Shown here: piece by piece, positions 20,447-30,153 of the stretch
How positions within the stretch are numbered: the stretch's first letter is position 1
Layout of the letters: every line of letters starts with the position of its first letter
DNA from: Myxococcota bacterium
GTDB lineage: Bacteria; Myxococcota_A; SURF-8
Assembly (NCBI GenBank): GCA_965140415.1
Contig: OZ223209.1
Span: 1,248,001 to 1,312,000, forward strand
Length of the DNA: 64,000 nt
Direction: 5' to 3'
Notes under the pieces: model-generated
What the model was told of the DNA's origin: nothing
Seen by the model: the letters and a program-made list of their open reading frames with translations, nothing else
The model's database searches: none
Position numbers and translations under genes: made by a program

Positions 20447-21313
20447 TCAACCACCGATCATCATCATGGTAAGGGCATATGCCGCCAAGCCCACAACCGC
20501 ACCTACCACCAAGGCGATGAGTATGCCCTTGGTGCTAAGGCGTTCGGATTTCTCACGGGGAGGACGATCGGGAAGCATCATACCGGCCTGCCGCACCACC
20601 TGATCCAGGCGCAGCCGGATTGCAGCGGAATCGGGATTGGTTGCCAAAAACGCGCGGTAGCGAGTTGAGGCGAAGCGCAGACCGTTTTGCTGACTGCAAT
20701 AGTTGTGAAAATTGTCCAAAGTTCGTTCGTTCTCACAATCGCGTTCCACAGCCTGCCACAACAACCGGGCTTGTTCCAGACTGCCGGGTGGCATTTCGGC
20801 GTAGAGTTCCTGCTCCAGTTCCGGTTTCCAGTTGGCAAAGTTCAAGCCGCACATCGCACAACTCAGTTCGTTGTCATTGCCGTGACCGCACTTGGGACAG
20901 ACTTTCACCGGTGGCTTGACTGGCTGGGCAGAAGTTGCCGGAGGTGTTGGAGAAACAGGAATATCCGATGTGGGTGCTGCTGCTTCGGGAGCGTTTGCCA
21001 TCATCGGATTAGCAACGGCATCAGTAGCCGGAATAATCGGTGCTTCAACCTTGGGTGTACCGCGCCATTTCGCAAACACCAGGCCGCAACGGTCGCAGCT
21101 TTGCGGATTGGATTTTGGGAAACCGCATTTGGGACAGGCTTCGCTTGCTGCCGGAGTCTCTACGGTTTGCGGTTTCACTTCCGTTTCGCTAGCGGTTTTG
21201 GGCGGCTCAGACGGCTCACCCAGCGCCGGACGCCAATCCGAGGACAAGGGCAGATCGACCTCCGCCTGTGCTTTCTTTCGAGCGTCTTGATTGTCGTTTC
21301 GGTCGGCGCTCAT
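20447..21313 (-). CDS. Double zinc-ribbon protein with C-terminal TM helix
   Basis: CPKCG...CDRCG and CPKCG...CAMCG, Pro/Ala linker, hydrophobic C-terminus. Confidence 0.75.
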   Translation of the reverse strand: MSADRNDNQDARKKAQAEVDLPLSSDWRPALGEPSEPPKTASETEVKPQTVETPAASEACPKCGFPKSNPQSCDRCGLVFAKWRGTPKVEAPIIPATDAVANPMMANAPEAAAPTSDIPVSPTPPATSAQPVKPPVKVCPKCGHGNDNELSCAMCGLNFANWKPELEQELYAEMPPGSLEQARLLWQAVERDCENERTLDNFHNYCSQQNGLRFASTRYRAFLATNPDSAAIRLRLDQVVRQAGMMLPDRPPREKSERLSTKGILIALVVGAVVGLAAYALTMMMIGG

Positions 21314-21353
21314 GCTTCGCTCCTGGATTCGCCCTCGGTGCAATCGTCAGCCA

Positions 21354-23510
21354 TCAATTGGTCGGTTTTCCTTCCGGCCTGTCGAATTGTTCGAACTCCT
21401 CATAGACTTCCTCGGGGGTTTTGTCCTGAATGGGTTCCGCGTTCAATTCCTTTTTCGCCGGAACGATTACGCCGTCTGTCAAGGTCAGTATGAGCAATTC
21501 GTTGACCATCTCACCGTTTTTATCGAAACGCATCGAGCCGGTGGCTCCCTGATACTCCGTGAGGTTCAACAGGGCAGCACGAAGTTGCTTGCGGCTTTGC
21601 GCCTGGCTGGTGAGCAGTGTTTCAGCAAGCAGACCGACCGCATCATAAGCATAAGCTTCCATCGTGCCGGGCTTGCGCTTGTAGTCCTTCTTGAAAGCGG
21701 CGACGAAATCCGCGCTTTTGGGGTCCGGTGATCCGGTATCCAAAAAGCCGTCGCAGAAGATGCCGCCTTCCACCCATTTCCCGCCGAAATCCTTCAGGCG
21801 TTCGTGGTTCCAGCCATTTCCTCCCAATAACTGTACCGCCTTGATTTCATGGCCGGTGCGGCGCTTGTTGCGCTCCATGCGGCGATAGGTCGAAGCCAGG
21901 TGATTGTCGATCTCCACTTCTTCAAAGGGAATGGCAGGCGCGATCATGCCGACTTGCTTGGCGTAATCCGGAATGAAGAGGGCTTCGAAATCGACGGTCG
22001 GCACGGTTTCTTCCTCGAACTTGCGAACCACGACTCCGCAGGTCAGCTTGCTGTTATCGCGGCAAATGCCTCCGCCGCTGGCTCCATAGAGCAGTTCATA
22101 GCGCCAGACCATGCTGCGCACCTGCCGTTTGAAGGTGCTGGCGTCGTATTCATAACGCTCCGCCGCCGTGACTTCTCCACCGCGCTTGCGTACCTGTTCC
22201 CAGAATGCCAAGGCCAGATCTTCGCCGTAAGGCTGCATGGGATACAGAATGCCGAAGCTGCGCTTGCCCAGAACTTCCCAGGCATAACCCACGATTGCCT
22301 CTGCCTGCATGGTGGCCGTCATGCCGGAACGGAAGACGTTCGGTCCGATTTCGGGTAGACCTTCGCGCGGCGAGAGGCTGATCAAGGGAACCTGCAACTG
22401 CTCGGCCTGATAGGCGGCAGCCTGCGAGGTGTCGCCCATCAACGGGCCGATAATCGCAATTACGCCCTCATCGTAAACCAGTTCTTCCATGGCTTTCTGT
22501 GTCTGGATGGGATCGCCTGCCGTATCTTTATACAGAAACTTCAGTTTGCCTTCACTGCGCGCCGCAGCCTCGGTGGCGGCCATGTCGAATACCTGCTTGA
22601 CGCGCTCCCCGAATACCTTGAAGCGCCCGCTTAACGGCAGCAGGATGCCTACGCGACCCGCTTTGACGCTCTGGCGCTGCTGAAGACGTGCTAATGCTTT
22701 TTCGGCCTGTTTGCCCGCTTCGCCAAGCGGTTCGGCTTTTTTCGCCGCACTAAAGTGTTCGTGGGCTGAGGCCCAGTTGTGCAGGTGCATCTGGCGACGC
22801 CCCAGGCGATAATGAACCAGCGACAATAACGGGGCATCGTCTTCGACTTCCTCCAGCACCTTTTCCAGGTCGGATTGACTCAGGCGGTCGGCCTTGGTGC
22901 GCAGACGTTCCAGGATTTCCGGGCGCTGGGCCAAGGTCGCTTCGCGCCATGTTTCCACCAGTTCCAGAAATTCCGCTGCCGAGACGGCATGGTATGGCGC
23001 GGCCAGCCATTCGCCTTCGTTTACCGGCAAAGTCGGTGGCGTATCTTTGGTAAGTTCCGTGTCATCCGAATCGCCCGAATCGGGAGTTGGTTCTACCGCC
23101 GGTTTCGGCTTCGGGGGAGGCGGATTTTTGCGTTCCCGCTCCACCACTTTGAGCATGTGACGTGCTTCGATGGTGTACAAGGAGGTAGGAAAACGCTGTT
23201 CTACCTCGTGAAATCGCTTGGTGGCAGCATCGTAGTCCTGTTCGTACAGATCGATCTTACCCAGCGTCAACAAGGCTTCGGCGGCGTTTTTGTCCTCGCC
23301 TTTTTCCTTAATGAAAGCGGACAGTTTGCCGCGCGCCGCCTTCATCCGTCCCGCACGGAAATCCTGTAAACCCGCTTCGAAATTCTCTTGTGGGCCCAGT
23401 TGCGGACCGGATCGGTCGGGACGCGGCTCGGCGCAGGCGGTAAACGTCAGAAGCAATAACAAGCATAACCAGCAGCTTATTCTCCACTTTGCTAGCGGGA
23501 AACCATGCAT
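21354..23510 (-). CDS. LpoA/LppC-like lipoprotein (TPR + periplasmic binding-protein domain)
   Basis: Lipoprotein-type signal (FTACA), TPR-like N-terminus, VGILLPLSG, IIGPL, ALFIPD, AYAYDA. Confidence 0.8.
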   Translation of the reverse strand: MHGFPLAKWRISCWLCLLLLLTFTACAEPRPDRSGPQLGPQENFEAGLQDFRAGRMKAARGKLSAFIKEKGEDKNAAEALLTLGKIDLYEQDYDAATKRFHEVEQRFPTSLYTIEARHMLKVVERERKNPPPPKPKPAVEPTPDSGDSDDTELTKDTPPTLPVNEGEWLAAPYHAVSAAEFLELVETWREATLAQRPEILERLRTKADRLSQSDLEKVLEEVEDDAPLLSLVHYRLGRRQMHLHNWASAHEHFSAAKKAEPLGEAGKQAEKALARLQQRQSVKAGRVGILLPLSGRFKVFGERVKQVFDMAATEAAARSEGKLKFLYKDTAGDPIQTQKAMEELVYDEGVIAIIGPLMGDTSQAAAYQAEQLQVPLISLSPREGLPEIGPNVFRSGMTATMQAEAIVGYAWEVLGKRSFGILYPMQPYGEDLALAFWEQVRKRGGEVTAAERYEYDASTFKRQVRSMVWRYELLYGASGGGICRDNSKLTCGVVVRKFEEETVPTVDFEALFIPDYAKQVGMIAPAIPFEEVEIDNHLASTYRRMERNKRRTGHEIKAVQLLGGNGWNHERLKDFGGKWVEGGIFCDGFLDTGSPDPKSADFVAAFKKDYKRKPGTMEAYAYDAVGLLAETLLTSQAQSRKQLRAALLNLTEYQGATGSMRFDKNGEMVNELLILTLTDGVIVPAKKELNAEPIQDKTPEEVYEEFEQFDRPEGKPTN

Positions 23511-23621
23511 CGGTACTCACCTCATAAAGGGTTCTAAACGGCAATCAAGATACCTTAGCCCCCGGTCGCTTTGCAAGGAAAAGGGTGCCACGGTCTTCGA
23601 TTTGAAGAATCGATGGCCGTG

Positions 23622-23700
23622 CCGAATGTTGGAGCTGGGCTCCCGTCCTGCTCTATGTATTTGTCCGAATGTTGGAGCAGCGGCTCCTGCCCTGCTCCTA
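23622..23700 (+). repeat. Two direct copies of a REP-like hairpin (CCGAATGTTGGAGC...CCTGCTC)
   Basis: Copies at 23622-23654 and 23665-23700. They share the GTTGGA(G)C...GCTC(T)A frame with 9234-9262 (rc) and 31967-31994. Confidence 0.6.
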
Positions 23701-23751
23701 ATGTTTGTCTTCTTCATCAAGACAGGAGCTTTGACCATCCACCCGGAGCTT

Positions 23752-24855
23752 TTACTCTTTGGGGTTTTTCTCTACCCAGAGTCGATTGCTGAAACTGCGA
23801 ACGGTAAAGGATTCCTCGTCGCGGCGCACCAGTCGTTCAGGCGCCAAGGGCACCTTGCCATAGGGCGTATCGGCGGCGAACTGCGGCACAGCCAACCCGC
23901 TGGTGTGACCTTCCATGCGTTCGATGATCTCCAGCCCGACTTCCACCGGTACACGCAAGTGTTCGGTTCCTTTAACTAAATGAGGCAGGAACAGGTAATA
24001 GGGGCGCACTCGGGCCATCAGCAACTTGTGGCACAACTCGGTCATGATTTCCGCCGAATCATTCACGCCACGCAAAAGAACCGACTGATTTCCCAAGGGA
24101 ATTCCGCGATCGGCCAGGCGCGTCAAGGCGGCGATGGCTTCCGGCGTCAATTCGCGCGGATGGTTGAACTGCACGTTGACGAACAAGGGGTGAAAGTCCG
24201 CCAGACCACGGGCGAGTTCTTCGGTGACGCGCATGGGCAGCATGGCCGGAGCGCGGGTGCCGATGCGCAGAATCTGAACGTGTTTCAGTTCCCGCAAACG
24301 CGCCAGTTTGTCGAACAAGACCTTGTCGCTCAGCATCAGGGGGTCGCCGCCGGTCACCAGAACATCCCTGATTTCCGTATGTTCTTTCAAATAGCCCAGC
24401 GCCTGCTCGAAGGCATTGGCAGGTGGGGTTTGATGGGTGCGGCGTTTTCTGAAGCAGTGGCGGCAATACACCTGACAGATGCTGGTGATACACAGCGCAA
24501 CCCGATCCGGGTAAAGGTGGATCATATCCGGTGTCGGGCAGTGGCTCTCTTCCAGCAAGGGATCGTCTTCGCCGAGTACATCGTGGCATTCGCGCTCGCT
24601 GGGAACGATCTGCCGTCGCAGGGGGCAATTGGGGTCATTTACGTCGATCAATGTCAGGGCATAAGGTGTAATCGCCCAACGAAACTCTTCGGCGGCGCGT
24701 TGTGCTCCTTGCTGTTCTTCTTCGGAAAGTGACAGGATTTCAGCAAGTTGGGGAATCGTTTCGATACGATGCTGCATCTGCCAGCGCCAGTCGGACCACT
24801 GCGACTCGGATGCGCCCATCTGTTGGCGGATCTTCTCGGGGACTGGTACGAACAT
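23752..24855 (-). CDS. KamA-family radical SAM 2,3-aminomutase with atypical substrate-site residues
   Basis: WSDWRWQ, ITPY, YPDRV, CQVYCRHCFR, TGGDPL, RIGTRAP, FNHPRE, NQSVLLRGVND, RVRPYY, GHTSGLAVP, GK (PLP Lys). Confidence 0.92.
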   Translation of the reverse strand: MFVPVPEKIRQQMGASESQWSDWRWQMQHRIETIPQLAEILSLSEEEQQGAQRAAEEFRWAITPYALTLIDVNDPNCPLRRQIVPSERECHDVLGEDDPLLEESHCPTPDMIHLYPDRVALCITSICQVYCRHCFRKRRTHQTPPANAFEQALGYLKEHTEIRDVLVTGGDPLMLSDKVLFDKLARLRELKHVQILRIGTRAPAMLPMRVTEELARGLADFHPLFVNVQFNHPRELTPEAIAALTRLADRGIPLGNQSVLLRGVNDSAEIMTELCHKLLMARVRPYYLFLPHLVKGTEHLRVPVEVGLEIIERMEGHTSGLAVPQFAADTPYGKVPLAPERLVRRDEESFTVRSFSNRLWVEKNPKE

Positions 24856-24936
24856 AAAAAGTGCTTTCTTGTGAAAGGGAACCGACGCTTTAACTTGGCT
24901 ACGACCAGGTTCGGGCGTCGAAAGGGAGAACGCGGA

Positions 24937-25341
24937 TTAGACGAGCTGGCTGCTCACCGGCAGACGCGGTCCGGGAACTTCGGCGCGGTCGAGTTCCTTG
25001 ATCCGGTTTTTCTCGTCTACAAACACCAGCTTCGGCGTGTACTTGCGGGCTTCCTCATCGGTCATTTTCAGCCAACTGGCGATAATCACCAGATCGCCCG
25101 GCTTGGCCAGATGCGCCGCCGCACCGTTGATGCAGATTTCGCCTTTGCCGCGAATGCCCCGCAGAGCATAGGTTTCAAGGCGCGTGCCGCGGGTCACGTT
25201 CCAGATGTGAACGTTTTCATTTTCCCAAATGTCGGCAGCTTCCAGCAGGTTAGGATCGATGGTCACGCTTCCTTCGTATTCCACATCGGCGTGAGTGACG
25301 GTTGCCCGGTGAATTTTCGACTTCAGCATTGTTCGTTCCAT
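24937..25341 (-). CDS. panD: Aspartate 1-decarboxylase (pyruvoyl proenzyme)
   Basis: [20 protein letters not shown] (G/S self-cleavage site), [22 protein letters not shown]. Confidence 0.96.
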   Translation of the reverse strand: MERTMLKSKIHRATVTHADVEYEGSVTIDPNLLEAADIWENENVHIWNVTRGTRLETYALRGIRGKGEICINGAAAHLAKPGDLVIIASWLKMTDEEARKYTPKLVFVDEKNRIKELDRAEVPGPRLPVSSQLV

Positions 25342-25553
25342 CGTGTTCTCCTCGCATACATATGATGCAGGGTGTCTATTCCAAAGAGACACCAGCGGGT
25401 GAAAACAGATGAAATCCTTAATGGGGGGAAGATGAATTGCGGCGAAACGTCCGGTACAGCATCCCGTTTTCCGGGGTTGCCATCCGCTTTTACGACGAAA
25501 CAGAGGGCCTTAGCATCCATCGTCCAGGTCCACAAGGATCCCAGCGACGGGGG
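25342..25553 (-). ncRNA. Candidate structured 5' leader of panD (possibly pan-motif-like)
   Basis: Lies between the promoter and the panD start; at least four hairpins can be folded by eye. Confidence 0.45.
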
Positions 25554-25554
25554 A

Positions 25555-25583
25555 AATATAAAGTTAACGAAATTAAATGTCAA
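25555..25583 (-). promoter_or_regulatory. sigma70 promoter for panD and the KamA-like gene
   Basis: TTGACA-17 nt-TATATT on the minus strand. Confidence 0.75.
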
Positions 25584-25622
25584 TATTAATGATCAAAAAG
25601 CCATAGGTTTTTGGGGTTTTCA

Positions 25623-25651
25623 TAGACAAACCTCTTTGCCCTTTGTACAAT
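25623..25651 (+). promoter_or_regulatory. Divergent sigma70 promoter for the MBL hydrolase gene
   Basis: TAGACA-17 nt-TACAAT. Confidence 0.65.
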
Positions 25652-25693
25652 ACGGATCCTGTGTGTTTCTTGGTGAAGAATGAGGAAAAGTGA

Positions 25694-26314
25694 ATGAAAT
25701 TAGACGTCTTTGTTGTTGGAGCCTTTCAGGAAAACACCTATATCATGACGGATGAGGCAAGCAAACTTGCCTATATCATCGATCCAGGTGGCGATGTGGA
25801 ACAGATTGTGGCGCATCTGGAGAACAACGGCTTGACCGCCAAGGCGATCATCAACACTCATGGTCACATCGATCATATCCTGGGTGTGAAAGCCTTGCAG
25901 GATATTTTAAAGATTCCGTTTATGCTGCATCAGGCCGATGAACCTCTTGTCGATCAGGCCGAAGCCAGCGCCCGACTTTTCGGTCTACAGGCGCAAGGCA
26001 CCCCGAAGGTGGACGATTACCTTCAAGATGGACAGGAACTGGAACTGGGCGAAACACGCATCAAGGTGCTGCATACGCCGGGTCATTCTCCGGGTGGAGT
26101 CTGTTTCCTGTCGGGAGAAGATGTGGTAGTCGGCGATACCCTGTTCGCCATGAGCATCGGGCGTACCGATCTGCCCGGCGGCTCTTTCCAAAGCTTGATT
26201 CAATCGATCAAAACCCAGTTGCTCACCCTGGACGACGCCGTGCGCGTTCATCCGGGTCATGGTCCGATGACGACCATCGGTCGCGAGCGACGCACCAATC
26301 CTTTCATCGGATAA
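25694..26314 (+). CDS. MBL-fold metallo-hydrolase (glyoxalase II-like)
   Basis: THGHIDH, HTPGHSPG, GDTLF, GRTDLPGG, PGHG. Confidence 0.92.
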   Translation: MKLDVFVVGAFQENTYIMTDEASKLAYIIDPGGDVEQIVAHLENNGLTAKAIINTHGHIDHILGVKALQDILKIPFMLHQADEPLVDQAEASARLFGLQAQGTPKVDDYLQDGQELELGETRIKVLHTPGHSPGGVCFLSGEDVVVGDTLFAMSIGRTDLPGGSFQSLIQSIKTQLLTLDDAVRVHPGHGPMTTIGRERRTNPFIG

Positions 26315-26323
26315 GGCAGTAGT

Positions 26324-27004
26324 ATGAGCGGATACGGAAAACCTTTGCCCGTGCTTTCGTTGCCCAATTCGGTGCTGTATCCGGGAGCGGATCTGCCGAT
26401 TAAGGTTTTCGATCCGGCGCATAAACTGATGCTGATCGATGTGATCAAAGGCGACAAGACCCTGGTGGTGGTGCTCGTTCACAATCCCTGGGAGGAGCGC
26501 GGCGCTAACGCTCCGGCCTTGCATTCGCTGGGAACCGTGGCGGTCGTCAGCGGTCACGAACCGCAAAAAGACGGCAGTGTCAATATTTCGCTGCACGGCA
26601 TCGGGCGTGCCACGGTGCGCCAGGATATCCGCTTAAAACCCTACCGCGTGGCGATGACCGATGCGATTGCGGAAGAGGACGAGTCGGAACAGCAGCCGCG
26701 CATCGACGAACTGCGCAAACAGATCATGAAAATGCTCTATCAAAGCAGTTGGCAGCAGGAGTTGGGGCCTTTCCCCAGTTCGATGCTTAAACGGGTGGAG
26801 GATTCCAAAGCGGCGAATTTCGTGCCGCTGGTCTGCGGCCTGCTGAAACTGAACGCCGAGGAGCAACAGGGCCTGTTGGAACGCGACGGGCAGCTTTCGC
26901 GCTTACAAGGATTGATGGCGCTGTTTGAACGGCAGCTTTTGCAGGCCGCCCATCTGGGCGAGGGGCCCTCCAGTTCGGATGAAGACGGCGAATTTTCCCA
27001 TTAA
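26324..27004 (+). CDS. Lon protease N-terminal (substrate-binding) domain protein
   Basis: LPVLSLPNSVLYPG...IKVFDP and GTVA...DG...I.LHGIGR; no AAA+ or protease domain. Confidence 0.8.
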   Translation: MSGYGKPLPVLSLPNSVLYPGADLPIKVFDPAHKLMLIDVIKGDKTLVVVLVHNPWEERGANAPALHSLGTVAVVSGHEPQKDGSVNISLHGIGRATVRQDIRLKPYRVAMTDAIAEEDESEQQPRIDELRKQIMKMLYQSSWQQELGPFPSSMLKRVEDSKAANFVPLVCGLLKLNAEEQQGLLERDGQLSRLQGLMALFERQLLQAAHLGEGPSSSDEDGEFSH

Positions 27005-27207
27005 ACGACAGGTTGCCCAACGCTAACCAGCATCCGTGATTTTTCCTGCCAATCTCAACACTTGACGAAGGGATCGCAATCGGCGAAAAAGAGTTGCGTG
27101 TCAAAGCGTTGACTATGGTTGACCCCGGCGAAAATCGGGTATAAAAGAAAGAAAAGCGCTCAAAAACAGGTGCCGAGCGTAGCAAAAACGAACCGAAGGA
27201 AGAAATC

Positions 27208-27750
27208 ATGGCGATATTGGAAATCGTGGAATTGCCGGATAAACGCTTGCATCAGAAAAGCGAGCCGATAAAGGAAATCGACGACAGCATCCGCACGCTG
27301 GCCAAGGATATGGCGGAAACCATGTACGCCGCACCGGGAATCGGTCTGGCGGCGGTGCAGGTGGGAGAGATGCTGCGCATGTTGACCTGCGATGTCAGCG
27401 AGAAAGACGCTCCCCCGGCGCTGATGACCGTGATCAACCCGGAAATCACCAGCCGCGAAGGCGAGTGCAGCGGCGACGAGGGCTGCTTGTCGGTTCCGGG
27501 CGTGTTCGACGAAGTCAAGCGCGCCGAGCGCATCACCGTGAAATATCTGGATCTGGACGGCAACGAGCAGACTATCGAAGCGGAAGGCTTGTTGGCGATC
27601 TGCCTGCAACACGAAATCGATCACCTCGATGGTGTTGTTTTTCTGGACCGGCTTTCCTCGCTGAAACGCAAACTGGCGCTGCGGCGCATGGATCGTTTCA
27701 AGCGGGAACGCGAAGAAGAGCAGGACGAGTCACAGCAGGAACAGGCGTAA
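27208..27750 (+). CDS. def: Peptide deformylase
   Basis: GIGLAAVQ, EGCLS, QHEIDHLDG. Confidence 0.97.
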   Translation: MAILEIVELPDKRLHQKSEPIKEIDDSIRTLAKDMAETMYAAPGIGLAAVQVGEMLRMLTCDVSEKDAPPALMTVINPEITSREGECSGDEGCLSVPGVFDEVKRAERITVKYLDLDGNEQTIEAEGLLAICLQHEIDHLDGVVFLDRLSSLKRKLALRRMDRFKREREEEQDESQQEQA

Positions 27751-27755
27751 GCAGC

Positions 27756-28709
27756 ATGAGCAAGGGACGAATCGTATATCTGGGAACGCCGCAACTGGCG
27801 GTGCCGACCTTGGAGCGCGTGGTCGAAGAAGGCTACGACGTCGTGGGTGTCGTCTGCCAGCCGGACAAGACGCGCGGGCGTGACCGCAAGAAACCGATTC
27901 CGCCGCCGGTCAAGCAGAAGGCGCTGGAACTGGGTCTGAACGTGATGCAGCCGGAGAAGGTCAAGGAAGAGGCGTTTTTAGAGGAACTGGAGGCGCTGCA
28001 GGCAGATGCCTTTCTCGTGTTTGCCTTCGGACAGATCTTGCCTCGCCGCCTGATCGACATGCCCCCGCTGGGCACCTTCAACGCGCATGCCTCGTTATTG
28101 CCCAAGCTACGCGGACCTGCGCCGATCAACTGGGCGATCATCAACGGCGATGAGCAGACTGGGATGACCATCCAGAAGGTGGTTTTCGAGTTGGATGCCG
28201 GTCCAGTCTGTCTGCATCTCCCGATCACGCTGGACCCGCGCGAAACCGCGCAAACTCTGGGTGCGCGGCTGTTACCGCTGGCTTCGGAGGGCTTTGTTAC
28301 GGTGCTAGAGCGGGCTTTCAACGGAACGCTGGAATTGATCGAACAGAATCATAACGAAAAGACCTATGCGCCGATGCTGAAAAAGGAAGACGGCTACCTG
28401 GATTTCAGCCGCTCCGCCATTGAACTGGACCGCCGCATCCGGGGGCTGACTCCCTGGCCGGGTGCGGTGACGAGTTGTGGCGAGGAATACATTAAAATCC
28501 ACGACGCCCTGCCGCTGGAAGAGCATTTCGACGCCGAGCCGGGACGACTGGTGAAAATCCGCCCCGACGGACTGGTGCTGGCCTGCGGCGAAGGATCGCT
28601 GCTGGTTCGTGAGTTGCAGCGACAGGGGAAAAAGCGTATGTGCGCCCAGGCTTATCTGTGCGGCTGCAGCATGGAACTCGGTACCTTGTTTCAAGCGCCC
28701 GCCTCATGA
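27756..28709 (+). CDS. fmt: Methionyl-tRNA formyltransferase
   Basis: YLGTP, QPDK..GR, NAHASLLP.LRGPAPI, LDAG, RGLTPWPG; start moved to ATG 27756. Confidence 0.95.
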   Translation: MSKGRIVYLGTPQLAVPTLERVVEEGYDVVGVVCQPDKTRGRDRKKPIPPPVKQKALELGLNVMQPEKVKEEAFLEELEALQADAFLVFAFGQILPRRLIDMPPLGTFNAHASLLPKLRGPAPINWAIINGDEQTGMTIQKVVFELDAGPVCLHLPITLDPRETAQTLGARLLPLASEGFVTVLERAFNGTLELIEQNHNEKTYAPMLKKEDGYLDFSRSAIELDRRIRGLTPWPGAVTSCGEEYIKIHDALPLEEHFDAEPGRLVKIRPDGLVLACGEGSLLVRELQRQGKKRMCAQAYLCGCSMELGTLFQAPAS

Positions 28710-30097
28710 ACGCACGCCGCATTGCCTATAACGTATTGACCCGCGTCGAACGCGACCAGGCGTATTCCAACCTGGCGCTGATGCACGAACTGTCCCGACA
28801 ACGTCCGGCTGCGGAGAAGGAGCGGGAAACGCAGGAAGCCGACCGCCGTCTGGCGACCGAGCTGGTGTACGGCGTGTTGCGTCATCGCCGCCTGTTGGAC
28901 GTCTGGATTCGGCATCTAAGCAGTCGCCCGGATAAATCCATCGATCCGGTGGCGCGTCAGGTGCTGCGTCTGTCATTGTATCAATTACTGAAGCTGGATC
29001 GCATCCCGCAACACGCGGTGTTGAACGAAGCCGGAAGTCTGCTGCGGCAGTTGCAGCGCGGCCATGCGGTGGGTTTCGTCAATGCGCTATTGCGTCGCTG
29101 CCTGCGCGAACTCAAAGAGGAGCGCGGCCCCGAGTTTCCGCCCGATGCCGCCGGACGGCTGGCTATCGAACATTCAATTCCAAACTGGCTCGTGCAGCGT
29201 CTGCTGCAAGATCCGGAAATCCGTTGCGATGATAAGAAAAAGCAGGTCGGGCGACTGACCGAGCGGCTGGAGCGCTTCAACCGTCCCGCGCCGCTGTCGG
29301 TCTGCGTCAATACCACGCGCATGGATGTGGCGAAGCTGATCGCTTGTATCGAAGAGCAGGGTGGGGAAGCGCAGCCAGGAGAATGGTCTGCGGATGCCGT
29401 TACGGTAACGCGTGGTGGAATCGGAGTGTTATTGCCGCTATTGGAGCAGGGGCTTTGCCACGTGGCCGATGAAGCCTCGCAACTGGTGGCGCGTCTATTG
29501 GATGCCCAGCCTGAAGAACGCATTCTGGACTGCTGCGCTGCGCCGGGCGGGAAAACGCTGATGGCCGCCTCTGCCGTTGGTCCAGATGGATCGGTGCTGG
29601 CGGTGGATCTGTCCGAAGCGAAACTGAAGCTGCTATCCGAACAGGCTGCGCGCCACGGCTTTACGCACATCCAAACCTTTGCTGCCGATATGAGCCAGCC
29701 GCAACCGAGCCTGGAAGCGGGATCGTTCGACCGGGTGCTGGTCGATGCACCCTGCACCGCGCTGGGTGTCATACGCCGTCACCCGGAAATCCGCTGGCGA
29801 CGCGAAGCCAAGGACGTGCGCGGCATGGCGGCGCTGGCCCGGACCATCGCCGAGCATGCGCTGAGATACGTCAAGCCGGGTGGGGTACTGGTGTTTTCGG
29901 TTTGTACGCATACCGACGAGGAAGGTCCGCAGCAACTGCGCCACCTGCAACAACTGAGTGGTTGGAACTGTGAACGAAGCGATTCCATAGACGCCGGATT
30001 GTGGAATCGGGAAGAAAATTTGTGCTGGTTCGATACGCGCCGCGCCCCGGAGCTGGACGGCTTTTTTGCCTTCCGCCTGCGGCGACCGCAGCAATAA
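28706..30097 (+). CDS. rsmB: 16S rRNA m5C967 methyltransferase RsmB/Sun
   Basis: NusB-like N-terminus (ATELVYGVLR), LDCCAAPGGKT, DAPC, VKPGG.LVFSVCT; def-fmt-rsmB order; ATGA overlap with fmt. Confidence 0.93.
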   Translation: MNARRIAYNVLTRVERDQAYSNLALMHELSRQRPAAEKERETQEADRRLATELVYGVLRHRRLLDVWIRHLSSRPDKSIDPVARQVLRLSLYQLLKLDRIPQHAVLNEAGSLLRQLQRGHAVGFVNALLRRCLRELKEERGPEFPPDAAGRLAIEHSIPNWLVQRLLQDPEIRCDDKKKQVGRLTERLERFNRPAPLSVCVNTTRMDVAKLIACIEEQGGEAQPGEWSADAVTVTRGGIGVLLPLLEQGLCHVADEASQLVARLLDAQPEERILDCCAAPGGKTLMAASAVGPDGSVLAVDLSEAKLKLLSEQAARHGFTHIQTFAADMSQPQPSLEAGSFDRVLVDAPCTALGVIRRHPEIRWRREAKDVRGMAALARTIAEHALRYVKPGGVLVFSVCTHTDEEGPQQLRHLQQLSGWNCERSDSIDAGLWNREENLCWFDTRRAPELDGFFAFRLRRPQQ

Positions 30098-30153
30098 AGT
30101 AATAGATTTCATACGAATCTCCGTTGTTCATCATTCAAACGAAGGAAACGATC

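Noticed and set aside
23517-23738. 73-aa ORF after the KamA-like gene as a precursor peptide
   Set aside because: It overlaps REP-like repeats and shows no RBS or coding-like composition.
25440-25500. GGCAACCCCGGAAAACGGGATGC resembling c-di-GMP-I or SAM-I riboswitch fragments
   Set aside because: The other conserved elements (GCAAAGCC; AUCnAGAG...GAGGGA) are missing; kept only as an unassigned leader.
25515-25552. Plus-strand CAGGTCC-ACAA-GGATCCCAGC resembling the SRP RNA core
   Set aside because: It lacks the GNRA loop and AGCAG motif, and the promoter points along the minus strand.
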